A DNA stretch of 64,000 nt from Podospora anserina. Its lineage: Eukaryota. Positions 34,201 to 44,946 of the stretch are shown here, piece by piece; position 1 is the first letter of the stretch, and each line of letters opens with the position of its first letter. The notes below the pieces were generated by a model. It worked only from the letters and a program-made list of their open reading frames with translations. It was not told the DNA's origin and did no database searches. A program made the translations under genes and the position numbers. The stretch spans positions 806,001 to 870,000 of the forward strand of contig CM030333.1 of assembly GCA_017654855.1 (NCBI GenBank), read 5' to 3'.

Positions 34201-36585
34201 AACCGCGGTCTCGGGTTGGCCAACCAGTCTACTACGCCGACCTACGAGTCTATTGAGAAGATTGTTCTCAACGTGTTTGAATCCCAGACAGCCAAGCAGT
34301 TGGTCGGTTTTGAGATTGCGCCAAAGCTGATTGAGAGGCTAGTCTCCTTCAAGAGGCAGATGATCAACACTTTGAAGGATAAGATGAAGCCCCTGGAGGC
34401 GGAGCAGTTGGTGCTGTCAGCCATCGACCGCGTTCTCGGTTTTGCGGACAAGAGCATCATGCAGGGAACCGATGCACAGAAGACATCCTACGAGCTCGCA
34501 GAGGGTGTTTTGATGCCAGCGGTGCAACGCGAGATTGCTGCCCATGACAAGGAAGCAGCTGCTGCCTCCATGCCGCCTACCCCCACGCCAGCCCCTTCAC
34601 AGGTGCGGACGCCTGCGCAAATGCCGGCGCCGGGTAAACATCCCTCGACTCCGCACTCGACTGCAGCACACCAGTCCGCCACTGCTGCGCGCCCCGGCTC
34701 CGTTCCGGCGGCCCAAACCCCTGTGCAGATGCAGATTCAACCCCCAAGGCCAGTCTACACTCCGGCACAGCAAGCCCACATGGCACAGCAGCAGCCCCGA
34801 GCAACTGTAGGGCAACCTGCGCCTGCTGGGACTTCGAATGGGAACCCGATCAATGCACAATATATGAATCAGAATGCGGTCTCTGGCTCTGGTGCTGGGC
34901 CCGCCGGCGCGCGGCCTGTTGATCAAGTTGCACCTGCACCTCAGTCCCAAGTTGCTCCGGCACCGGTCGCCCAGGGTGACACCCCGGCGAGATCTCAAGC
35001 TTCAGCGGGCTCTGCTACTAGCTCGAACCAGAACAGACCACAGTCACACGGGATGCCGGTTCAGGCGTATCCCCATCTCCAGGCAGCGCAGGCTCAATAT
35101 CGGACACAGGCCTCAACACAATCTCAGCAGCAGAATCCCGCGGCGGCTCAGCAGCAGAACCAACAGCCACGGGTTCAGCCAGGACAGGCACAGCAAGCAC
35201 CGAGCTACTCAGTACAGAACCAGCAGCCACAGCAACAGGCGCAGAATCAACAGGCAGCTCAACAGATTCAGAACCGTCCACCTCAGAGCCCGGCACCAAC
35301 CCCAGCCCGGATCCAAGGGCAGAGTCACCCAGTTCACGCTCGGCCAGCGCAGGGCGGGCAATCTCCTCTTCAAGTTCAGAGTCAAATTCAGGGCCAAGTT
35401 CAAGGGCAAGTCCAGGGCCAGAGTCAGGGGCAAAAACCGGTTCCAGGACAGGGGCAGGCTCAGAGCCAGGCACCAAATCAGCAGACACCGGTTCAGCAGA
35501 CCCAGGGACAGTACCAGCCTCGTCCACAGGTTGCGGTTTCAGCTCAGCAGGTTCAGCAACACGCGCAACAGCCCTCACCACAGCAGGCCCAGCAGCAGGC
35601 GCTACAGCAGACACAACAACATGCTCAACAGCAGCCTCGTACTCAGCCAACACAGGCCCAACCGGTTCAAGCTTACCAAACCCAGGCGCAGCAAGCCCGT
35701 GTTCAGCAACAGCCGACTCCCCAGCAGACAGCTCGACAACAACCAGTCCAGCAGCAGCCTATTCAGCAAGTTGCTCAACCGTCCGTCCAGCCGTCTCACA
35801 TTCAGCAAGCCCATGTCCAACAGCCACAGGCTCAGCATGCCCAAGCTTCGCCGACACAAGCTCAACAGCCTCCGACGCAGCAGATCCAGGCTCAGCAACC
35901 GCTTGTGCAGCAAGCTTATGCTCAGAGCTCCTATGCCAGGCCCACTACTCCGGCTCAGGCTGCTCAAATGTCGCGGGCCCAAGCTCGCCCACAAGTGCAG
36001 CCCCAGGGTCCCGTCCAGGCTCCAAGTCAAGCTTCCGGTGCATCGCCGGCCCCTTCTCCAGCACAAAAGCCTGTGCCAGGCCCAGCTCAGGTGTCAGCCC
36101 CTCGAGTTCCTTCGCCCACCACCCAAGCTCACCCAAGTCAGGCTGCGGTCCCTTCCATCCAGAATGCTGCTCCGCTTCAGAACCAAATGCCTGCTCAGAC
36201 CCAAGCATCTGCCCAGCAGCCTTTGTCTACCACTCAACCTCAACCTTCAAAACCTTGGGGTCCAGCGGTCCCTAGCCCACCCGCGGCCCAATCGAACAAG
36301 CCATCCCCTCAGCTCTCTTCGCAGGCGGCTCCTTCTGCTGCCTCCAAGGTCTCGATCCCGGCTCCGACAGTCACGGCGCCATCAGCATCACCAAGTCCAA
36401 TCCAGCGTCTTGCTCCAACGCCCGGCATGATCCCTCTGCCGCCAAAGCCCCCGGCTCCGGTTGCTACACCGCCCCCTCAAGCATCTGCTGCTTCTGCGGA
36501 TTCTATTTCTAGTGCTGCTCCAGCTTCCAGCTCGGCAACAGCATACATTCCTCCGCCACCGACACCAACACCGCCGGCGACGTGA
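31213..36585 (+). CDS. FHA plus forkhead transcription factor with AT-hooks and Q/P-rich tail (Fhl1-like)
   Basis: About 1790-aa ORF. FHA pieces (AVVIGR, GISRQH, RNGIFID). AT-hooks RGPGRPPK and KVGRPRK. Forkhead KPNKNYG..LTLKQIY..GWESSVRHNL. Confidence 0.9.
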   Translation: MNSSVMDSNQPAQPKDAAMSANAPLDLDAQSPPRPPFSPLTEAATDSGTREPSVNPGATLDQDEQQDKNASASATADANPSLSSALVNSNSSSNFNSNSSNSNLSHLNVSQINGASAMDNVTMDMGFDAGMDMYGQGITPATNILMAIARSYTQTQQQQQQHQQQHQRRQSQLPSTIHPAQVSRTHSALDVPDALMAIPEPSRAPPPVEPRLESFARIEFADSVFQMTTYAVVIGRDVRALELARKQEKEDEAWRQIVDQYARQGLPPPPRPELNRRKFTRSYVSEEGGMLGPESEDEEYVRPAKRRRVSVANSASGDSSMAQQEAAIAAEQAALNDKSLAANRQYVWHTPGSASVNLNALRPSPYTVPFIGIHSPGPDIAKKTKGISRQHLRIEYDQNEGVFKAYPLHRNGIFIDDKFHKDEGVTLRSGNRIQIKEVEFKFIINGVAEGKTGAEEEPQQEAPAAVNRRYSEGGKEMSFDFESSHDAEKGSTSPEEVPVEAAKESSESELSDLDEEMPDAGEPEDAEGEEDQEVMETIEQDAEEQLSHIKPEDMTPEMLAALPLLPPKKRGPGRPPKNGIMSKREERLRKKAAMELAKKNMPPPTPGEPPIKRKVGRPRKHPLPENTPDRPEKRKYKPRKSKNGEEGEMSETEKTLEKRRREKPKTPPLELNRADYTEEQLQKPNKNYGILIDEVLSAAPPDGLTLKQIYKRIQMKYPFYYFTVDTKGWESSVRHNLIGNVAFKKNEETHLWARVPGIDIDAGKKRKAASPDHSTSIHSFGQHYQPTAAPQVQLFHSEAGAQQGYRPGAGPPPRPGYPAAQSQMNLGQHPHQQLSAQPVGVGAQQALHQPYQSTAQGNGIPQMADQGAAQGSRPIPANPQATAYSSPYASRPPPSASPQAGNVPQSAQRQQLPHQNGAAPHNGVPQPNNASPHPASAAGVKPGQPISTSGTPAPIKPSIHPRLVEIIRNFRKTVTSIGAIRSNVGDAGEAIAMSVINRGLGLANQSTTPTYESIEKIVLNVFESQTAKQLVGFEIAPKLIERLVSFKRQMINTLKDKMKPLEAEQLVLSAIDRVLGFADKSIMQGTDAQKTSYELAEGVLMPAVQREIAAHDKEAAAASMPPTPTPAPSQVRTPAQMPAPGKHPSTPHSTAAHQSATAARPGSVPAAQTPVQMQIQPPRPVYTPAQQAHMAQQQPRATVGQPAPAGTSNGNPINAQYMNQNAVSGSGAGPAGARPVDQVAPAPQSQVAPAPVAQGDTPARSQASAGSATSSNQNRPQSHGMPVQAYPHLQAAQAQYRTQASTQSQQQNPAAAQQQNQQPRVQPGQAQQAPSYSVQNQQPQQQAQNQQAAQQIQNRPPQSPAPTPARIQGQSHPVHARPAQGGQSPLQVQSQIQGQVQGQVQGQSQGQKPVPGQGQAQSQAPNQQTPVQQTQGQYQPRPQVAVSAQQVQQHAQQPSPQQAQQQALQQTQQHAQQQPRTQPTQAQPVQAYQTQAQQARVQQQPTPQQTARQQPVQQQPIQQVAQPSVQPSHIQQAHVQQPQAQHAQASPTQAQQPPTQQIQAQQPLVQQAYAQSSYARPTTPAQAAQMSRAQARPQVQPQGPVQAPSQASGASPAPSPAQKPVPGPAQVSAPRVPSPTTQAHPSQAAVPSIQNAAPLQNQMPAQTQASAQQPLSTTQPQPSKPWGPAVPSPPAAQSNKPSPQLSSQAAPSAASKVSIPAPTVTAPSASPSPIQRLAPTPGMIPLPPKPPAPVATPPPQASAASADSISSAAPASSSATAYIPPPPTPTPPAT

Positions 36586-37280
36586 TTCTTCTTTCTAGTT
36601 TTTGTTTTTGGAGTTTAGGCGTCCAAAGGACGACTGGTTCAGCAAGCGTATGTCCAAACAGGTTTGCAAGGCTTACCTTTATGGGAGAACAGGGGGTATA
36701 CCAAGGTTATGCATAGTTATGGGTGGGATAAAAGGAATGGTTATAATGGCAACTGGCTTTGAAATATCCGGGGGTGCGCAGGACGTGCAGGTTTTTTATT
36801 TTACGGTTTTGAAGTTGATATAGTGGTTTTTACGAGGTTGGAGGGGTTTGTAAAAGGAGAGGGCATGAATACAGCGAGGTGTATATGTGGTATCTACGAG
36901 TTGACAGAGAGGAGCGGGTGAAATTCACGTGATGGTTGTTGTATTCTGAGAATAAATGCTGAAAGAATTGCAAATGTGATAACGGATACTGCCCCTGTGA
37001 GATTAGTGTATGCCCATCTCCTTCAAGGGGGTTAGGGTTATATGCGGTCCAATTCTGCTGCCCCCACTCTTGATAGCAGCCTCAATTCATCCATCATTCA
37101 GACACCTTGATGGGCCCATCGACTGGCACTCATTCACTCACTTCACCTGCTCCTCACTTTCTCTCAACTCCTCCTCCTCTTATCTTTCTCACAACTTTAG
37201 CATAGCTCCCATTCCCACCATCATCAATGTCCCGCACAATCTAAGTCACTAGCCAATCTTTTTTTTTTTTATTCACAACA

Positions 37281-38476
37281 ATGGCAGCGAAACCGGGGAA
37301 TTCCCTCCCCAAAAACCTCCTCTCGTCTCCGTTCCTGGGAGAACTCCTCGCTAAAAGGTCGGTGTATGTCAAGGTCCGGCCTGCCCCGCAGAGTTTGACG
37401 CAGCGGAGGGCGATTTTGAGGGTGTTGAGGCAGCACGGGAGGATAGAGGTTTTTAAGAGCTTGGGTGTAAGATCCCCTTTGTCCTCCACTCTTTTCACGA
37501 ACCATCTGTTTTTATATTTCATGCCTCAATGACTTTTTATGGGATCAGTTATTGTCTTCTTGGACAACCCTTTTTTTTTAATGGATTAATCTTTTGCATG
37601 AATTAGTTATTGTTTATGCATCAGTCCTTTTCCTTTTTTTTTTTTTTTTTTTTTGGGGGTTGGAATTTTAATTACTTGAGTGATCGGTGATGGATATTAA
37701 CGCAAAGATAGGAACCACACTCCTTCATCTCTGTAGCCTCGGACTCTGCAACAGCCAGGAACTTGATCCTGAAGGCGCCGCTCGAGGTGGCTTTTGCTTC
37801 CGCCCCTTCCCCACCACCATCAGGGACACAAACTGAGGAAGAACAACAAGGGGAAAAGTTCCTGGTTGACATCTTTGAGGCCGGGGGGTACAACCACAAG
37901 AGATTTGCCTCCCATCTCTCGCCTCTGGCAGGGCCCTGGAAGAACATCACTGCTTACCCCGGGGATTTGGCGACTACGGTTACGGTGCCTGGGTTGACTG
38001 ATGGGGATGGGGATAAAAGAGAGGTGCATGAGGATGAGAGGCTGCTGAAGAGTTTTGCGAGGAGGCATTTGGAGGGGGGGTACAAGGGGGATAATGGGTG
38101 GAGGGGAATGACGGATTGGGAGGGGGGTGGGCAGGATGGGGGGGAGTATAGGGAGGATGGGGAGACTTTTGAGGGGGGGTGGAGGGGGCGGGTGATGAGG
38201 GGGCGGTGGAGGGGGAGGGGGTATGGGGGGTTGGTTAGGGGGGAGGTTAGTGGGGAGGGAGAGGAGGGGGGGAGGAAAGAGGAGGGGGAGGGGAAAGAAA
38301 AGGGGAAAGAGATGGAGAAAGTAAAAGTTAGGAGGATTGTTAGTGGTGGTGGTAGTGGTGGAGAGGTGTTGCCTCAAAAGGATGAGGTTGCGAGGCAGGA
38401 GAAGGTGGAGGAGGGGAGGAGGTGGACGGTGAAGGAGAGGAGTGGGCTTGTGGGAGATGTGAAGCGGTGGGTGTGA
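37281..38476 (+). CDS. hypothetical protein with RRM-like N-terminal region; intron 37467-37711
   Basis: Exon 1 (62 codons, RSVYVKVRPAPQSLTQRRAILRVLRQHGRIEVFK). GTAAGA donor and ATTAAC..TAG acceptor join it in frame to ORF 37763-38476. Confidence 0.7.
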
Positions 38477-39066
38477 TGTTTGGAGGTTGGATAGGGGCTG
38501 TGGGATATGTGTAATATCTGGGAGTTGGGTGTTTATTGTTTGTGGTAATGTTTGTATTCGGAAGAGCTGCATGTAGAAAGATGGCATTGGTGGTGATAAA
38601 TGGTAATCAGCAGAAGGGTATCTGATTTCTGGACATCCCTCAGCAACTAGGTATTTGAGCTTGGATGATGTGGTGCGAATCTTGCCAACCGAAAATACTT
38701 TTACATCTGGTCCAAACTGTCTAGGTACATCACCCATCTAAAGCTTTCGGTATCTTTTGTCTGAACTTTGAGTACAAGCAAACCCCTGAGCTTCTGTTGT
38801 CTGTTCTCTAAGCATTTACTATCATCCATCGAAGCTCAGAGATGGCTGTCAAAATAACGCCCCCGGTGGACAACCGAGTTCTTTCCTTTTTTTTTAAAAA
38901 AAAAATAATTTTTTTCTTTTTTTTTTTTACCTGTCTCTTTTATGATGATCTCTTTCTCTTATGTATCATTGATGTCCCATGCTCAGAACCTCTGTTGTGT
39001 TGTGCACGGGGTGGTGGTCCTCTCTTATGCCCCATATTGGCGTGGTGGTATCACAGCACAGAAAAA

Positions 39067-39184
39067 GGGCCGCTGGTCTAGTGGTATGATTCTCGCTTAG
39101 GGTTCACCCTGATGTTTACAAAGTCAATCTTCCTTTCAGAGGAAAGCTTGCGAGAGGTCCCGGGTTCAATCCCCGGGTGGCCCC
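39067..39184 (+). tRNA. tRNA-Pro(AGG) with 46-nt intron (39103-39148)
   Basis: Acceptor GGGCCGC/GTGGCCC, D arm TGGTCTAGTGGTATGATT, anticodon stem CTCGC/GCGAG with TT-AGG-G, T arm CCGGG-TTCAATC-CCCGG, downstream T-runs. Confidence 0.95.
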
Positions 39185-42148
39185 AGTTTCTTTTCTCTTT
39201 TACCATTTTTTTGGTATCAATGTGACTCCACAGGTTGCAGCGGGGCCGGGGGGTTATGACGGTGGGAAGGATTGGGCTGCATGTCAAGATGGGAGAAATG
39301 TTGCCTTGTTGGGGGGCACGATGGGAAGGGGAATTGGTAGGTGACATTGGAGAAATTTGGATAGGGTTTCCAACGGGAGGGGGACTTGGGGTGAGTCTTG
39401 GTGATGGTGGGCCTCAAGGATTGGATTTCTTAGGCCCTTGACTGTAGATACTCTTCTAAGTTGGAGGTGTGATCATTCTCTTTTTCTTCATCTCCAAGTC
39501 CTAGCTCAACAGCCGAGCCAGTTGGCGCTGGACCTTCCATCAAAGACAAAATCCCCCTCGTCCAATCCAAAACAAAAACATGACGGTACCTGGAAAGACA
39601 TGATATCCCAGCCGTGCCGCCTCCCTATGGACCTACACCCCGCCCCCCCCCCCTCCCTGACCTACAACAACAAAAACGAGACGACAAGAAAAAACACAAA
39701 GGATTGACAATTTTCCAATTGTAGCCGAAGAGAATGGAGTGTGTCGAGGGGGGGAAAAGACAAAGGGAACTATAGGTTCTTTGTTTGTTTTGGAGAATAG
39801 GTGCCCCATCGGGCATACACCCACATAATAATACATACGAGATGGCTTCTTGCTCGGGAGGCCGGCACAGAAGAGGGGGGAACTTTCCCTATGGCTACCT
39901 ATGGACTGCATGTGAGTGGGTTGGGCGAGGAGATGTTGAGTTGAAGCAAAGTTGCAAACTTGCACTGATGATCAGAATGCTACTAAAGACACAACTGACG
40001 ACGACCAAACGCGAGGCTGCATAGCAACTCACCGAACCAATTGAACCCGATGGTGTGGTAAGTCCGAGTCGGCCGCCTTACGAGGGCGGCCATCACTGAG
40101 GCCCAAGAGGCCCAAAGAGCATCTCATCTGCAGATGGTGTCATTAAGCGCGGGGCCTCCCTCTTGTCTCCCAACGAACGGCAGATGGACGCAGATCGTCA
40201 TCACGATTCGCAGAGAGGCAACTGCTTTGCTTTGACAGCTCTGACAACGCAGCGGTGTGGGGTTAAAACGTTTGGACCCCAACATCTGGAGCCGAGGGAG
40301 GTGTGCTCCAGCTCTCCAGACGGACACGATGCTGCGCCGCAGTGGTAGTGTACACTATATAGTAGGTCCTGCAAAAAAAATAGAAAATAGATTGAGACAT
40401 GGCTGGGCTGGACGTGCAGATCGTTGAGGAGAGTCAGAGATATCCGTAGGGCTGTGTGTGGTCGGCAGTGTAGTAGGTAGTGGTGTATTGTCATCAGTCA
40501 ATTCCCGCGTCGCGGCATGCAGATGGGATGCATGAAGAAGGTGTCCAGAGGGCCGCACTGTGACGGTACACGACACCAGTGCCTGGCGATCGGCTGGACA
40601 GGAGGAGCTTGACTGAAGCTTGGCTGCCTCGTCTGACGGTTTTGACACATGCAGTCTGATCTGGCTGTCACGGGCAATATCGCCAAAGCAGTGCCGAAAG
40701 TGAGAAGAGCTTGGAAGAGCTTGGACCGGCTGGCCAAACCGCGGGGATCTCTCTCAAGGTCCATTTCCCAGCGCCGGAAAGCCGCATGCCGTCTCAGCCC
40801 GCCGATTGGTGCGGTGGCCGGACCCAGTGCCGAAAGAGTCCCGTGCGGCCCCCACATCATGAGATGAACCTCTCGCAGTGTCGGGTGCTGAGGTGGCCCA
40901 AGGGTCTGGTTGATATTAAAAACCTTCACCGGTGGGACTTGAAACAATGCCGACGGGGGTGTCGTGCAATGGGCGGTCGGGTGAAATGCAAACATGTTGT
41001 GTTGTATCTTCAACAATGTTGCATGAAACGGAGCCCTCTGCCGGCGCGGTTTCCGAAGCAATTTGTCGTTCACAGATGCAACTAACAAAGATAAGGAAAC
41101 GGGCGCTGACACTTGTCTTACTCATATGAGCTTGACCCTTGTGACCGCCCGCCCCAGGGGCCCGGGGCGCTGGAACGCCACAGTGCACACGCACCGTCTG
41201 GGCCTTCTCGATTGGATGCCAGTGCCAGGATCAGGAGTTGACCTCTCCAACAGCAGTGCAACCTCAGCCCGGAGCAAACCCAACGGGCCGGCATCCTGCT
41301 TGACTGACGGCTGACATGCTCGAACCGGCAGCTGCTCCAGACCCGGCCCATGGCTCCCAAGAGCCCAATTTCAACACTACCTGGTCTAGTTTCCTACACT
41401 AGCAGTTCAAGCCGAACCTGAGGGCATTCGACGGCATCTCAATTCCTTCCGTCGTCCGGCATCTCGGTGAAGCGTATCAAGTAAAGCAGGAATCAATCGA
41501 TTGACCAAGTCAGTCAACAGTCAACAGAGAGAAAGGATCAGGGTGCAGCAATCATTTCATTCAACTTTGTTGAACTCGGTGTGGCGATTCAAAGAGGTTA
41601 GCGTGGGTTTTGACTGGTCAACGCACGCCGCGCGCTTCCTCTTCAATCACCTCCCAGCTCTCTCCGACGGCTTGGGTCACCCGCACGTCTTCAGTCAGGT
41701 CTCCAGACAGTGCGAGCCCACCCAGCGCAAAGGTGGGCCTGCAGCAGACAACTCAACCAATCACCAAGCTTGAGGCCGCTAGCGTACCGCGGGCTTGTTT
41801 CCTGGGAAAACCGCTCGCCACCTGACACCAGCAGCATCCCAAGCCGACACCTTGCTCAACCCGGCCTAGGGCTCTCTTTTTGCGTGTTTGAGCAGCTGAT
41901 GAGACAGCTCCTTTTTCCTTCCTGTCTTTGTCTTCTTCTCGAGTCCTTCAGCCAGTCAGTCAGTGTATAGTCTGCATAATTGATCGCAGCCGACATCTCC
42001 TCCATCCACCGTCTGCTGCCAAGTCCCCGACCACGAGAGCCACGCCGGTTCAGCGTGGCCGCCACGGCGCTCAAGCCCGCGCAGGAATACACTACTCGGT
42101 AGCGCAGGAAATAGGGAAAACGCCCAAGCCCTCATAAAACTATCGACC

Positions 42149-42190
42149 TCCCCTTCCCCTTCCCCTTCCCCTTCCCCTTCCCCTTCCCCC
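42149..42190. repeat. (CCCTT)n pentanucleotide microsatellite
   Basis: About 7 consecutive CCCCTT-phase units just upstream of the 42276 ORF. Confidence 0.85.
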
Positions 42191-42275
42191 CCGTCAAACC
42201 CGTCCCGAACAGCGGTTTCCCGTATGCCGTCGCCCGTCCAGCTGGGTCGGCCAACTCGAAAAGCGTCAATCAGCC

Positions 42276-43415
42276 ATGTACGGCCAATCCGTACACTGGC
42301 GCTCGACGCTCAACCACGATGCAGAGGGGGACAAAGACAACCGAGACGAAGGCAGGGCGCCCCGACAAGACAATGGGCACCACCAGGATGAAGACGAGCA
42401 GCAGGAGGAAGTCGAATTTGCCAGTCGAATTGAAGAGTGGAGGAAACAACGAGCTCAACGCCAGCACCGAGATCATCAGCACAATGGACAGCGTTATCGG
42501 AGACATAGGGAGAAATCGCGCCAAGCCTCATCGTCACCACAGCCGGCCGATTCACCATCACCCGAACCGTTACCTGGGAACGCATCACCCCCAGGACGAT
42601 CAACCGTCGACAGGTTGGCCCGCGAGCTGAGCAAGCAAAACTTGCAACACAGCAACCGTGTAAATGCACAGTCGTCACTGCCAATGGCCCCTTCGCCATT
42701 GCAATCGATGCCTCCTGTCGTGCCTGAGACGCCATCCATCGCCGCAGAAACGTTTACAACGCCTTTTCCTGCACATGTGGAGGTGGATCAACAATATCAA
42801 CAACCCACATCGTCTCAGCCACCTACTATTTTACCAGAGACAGCTGAGAAGCCCGAGGATAAACGACTCGACTTTAAGGAGCTCCGTCGACATGCCAGCG
42901 CGCGTGCACTGCAGGCTCGCCTACAGGCCATGATTGACAACGAAACGCAGTGCAATGTACGCAGCGAGCCTATGCCACCACCGCCGCCGCCGCCTGCAGC
43001 GACCATCCCAAGACCGTGGTTGGCACCTCCTGTGGGTGAACCCGTCGTTATCGAAGTTGACCCAGACTGTGCCATGCCAAATTGGGACAGCAGCTTGGAG
43101 GTGGACGAAAACGACACCGGTGATATTGCGCTTGACGGTTTGGTGTCATCTGCACGCCACGCACATGCTCCCAGCGGTGTTAGAAAGCAATCGATTGGGG
43201 GTGTCGCTCTCCGGTACCGGTTGTCCGTCGACGCGGCGCTTCGCTGCCAAAACGTGGTCAGAAACCGCCCCAGAATGCGAAAGAGAGACAAGTCGCGCCA
43301 CGGAAGCACCGTCTCCTCTGCCATGACGTCGGCCATCTCTTCACCTGTTGTTGGGCCCACCATACCCTCATCCTCGTCCATGCCGCCACCACCACCACCC
43401 TACACTCAACCCTAG
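42276..43415 (+). CDS. hypothetical Pro-rich protein
   Basis: 379-aa ATG ORF with ordered-looking blocks LQAMIDNETQCNVR and LRYRLSVDAALRCQNVVRNRPRMRKR. No family recognised. Confidence 0.75.
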   Translation: MYGQSVHWRSTLNHDAEGDKDNRDEGRAPRQDNGHHQDEDEQQEEVEFASRIEEWRKQRAQRQHRDHQHNGQRYRRHREKSRQASSSPQPADSPSPEPLPGNASPPGRSTVDRLARELSKQNLQHSNRVNAQSSLPMAPSPLQSMPPVVPETPSIAAETFTTPFPAHVEVDQQYQQPTSSQPPTILPETAEKPEDKRLDFKELRRHASARALQARLQAMIDNETQCNVRSEPMPPPPPPPAATIPRPWLAPPVGEPVVIEVDPDCAMPNWDSSLEVDENDTGDIALDGLVSSARHAHAPSGVRKQSIGGVALRYRLSVDAALRCQNVVRNRPRMRKRDKSRHGSTVSSAMTSAISSPVVGPTIPSSSSMPPPPPPYTQP

Positions 43416-44946
43416 AAGGGTCCGTTCTTGTTGTACATTTTGGTTTTGATATTCAACATATATGGATATATGATACCCCAGCCGATCGATCCCATCTCAC
43501 CACTTACAAATCGGCGGCCGTCTGCTCATTACAGGGTTTTTATCTTTTCTTTACTTTCTGGGTGTTTCAACAGGAGTTCGAGCGATGATCCAAGGCTTCG
43601 GCGTCAGGGGTTCTCAGGAGAGAAGCTTGTGTAGCTTGTCTTTGTTGGTTTTTTTTGTTGCATATATCGAGGAGTTTGGGCATTCTTTTTTGGCTTATGG
43701 GGGCAAAACTTTGGGGAATACCCACACCACCATTTTACAGGGGCGTTGCAAAACATTTTAGACACATGGACGTGCCAAAAGGGCCATTAAGCACCATCAT
43801 CTTGTTCAGCCGGCGCAGTCTCTACACACAAAGGCCTTTTTTTTTCCTGTGTTATTTTTATTATTTTATTTTTTTTAGCTGTGCTATGGGAGCACATTCA
43901 AGGCTTTTTTGGCATAGTGCGGGAAGAATGGGGAGGGGGTCATGGTTGCAACAATGTACGAGAAACAAACTGATTAGAGTTTTTTTTGGACACACGGCAA
44001 TGCATCACCATTCATTGTTGACGGGGAGCTCGCTCCTTGTCATCTTTTATTTCTTGGCCACACTGTTTTCTTTCACAAGTGGATCTCGTCAGTGATTATG
44101 TTTGCCTTGGATGTGGATGAATAGGTCGTGGCAAGGGAGGAGTCATTGGTCAGTGTCTCCTGTTCACTTTTTGACTTGAACTTTTGGTTTTACATACTTC
44201 TACAGGTAGAGTTCGGAGAACTTTCCGACGAGATGTTCGAAACCAGCGACAACAGAGGTGCCAGCTGGGATGGTGCTATTGTGTCGGGGCTTCTCGTGTG
44301 AATGACAATCGCTTGCACATATCACCCGCGGGGGTATCTTAGCATTCCAGTCAGAGCCGATGCCTTTGTTGCGTGCTGAGAAGCTACCGCACAGTATGCT
44401 CGCTAGTGGTCTTCAAAGACAAGGAATTCGGGAGTAAGCCTTTGTTTTGTTGGTAAGCTTGCCCACAGCTCTCCACCTCACTGGACGAGACGCCACTGAT
44501 GAGGCGTCAAGGGGGGTGCCTCGAGACGGCCAGAACCCAAGCCCACCACGAGATCCAGTGGGTGTGATGCGCCTGGAATGGATCACCGTGTCGAAGCAAC
44601 CCACCCATTCCTCGGCAGGACAGGGGCCTCTTCTGATGAGACCCTCAAGTACAAATGTGTTGAACACCCCCATCCCACCCCTAAACGCTTCCATACCTTG
44701 TGTTGCCGTGGCAGGTTGGCTTGGTTTGTTGATTTTTCTGCCGCTCAACCCCTACACCAACACCAGCACACAACAGACCCCTTTTTTTCTTTCTCTTTCT
44801 TTGCCCCCAACATGGCATACTGGAACAGTCAAATACTCGTTACCAGAAGACACACACCGCACAGCACCAGCACCAGAGCTCGATAGCAGCAGGACCTACG
44901 GCGCCGACTCGACCAGACTGCGATTCGCTACCGACCACGACAAACA

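Noticed and set aside
34874-36430. 518-aa alternative-frame ORF and antisense ORFs in the forkhead gene
   Set aside because: Produced by CAG-rich low-complexity coding sequence.
37820-38737. 305-aa Pro/Leu-rich minus ORF
   Set aside because: Complement of the G-rich 3' end of the plus-strand gene.
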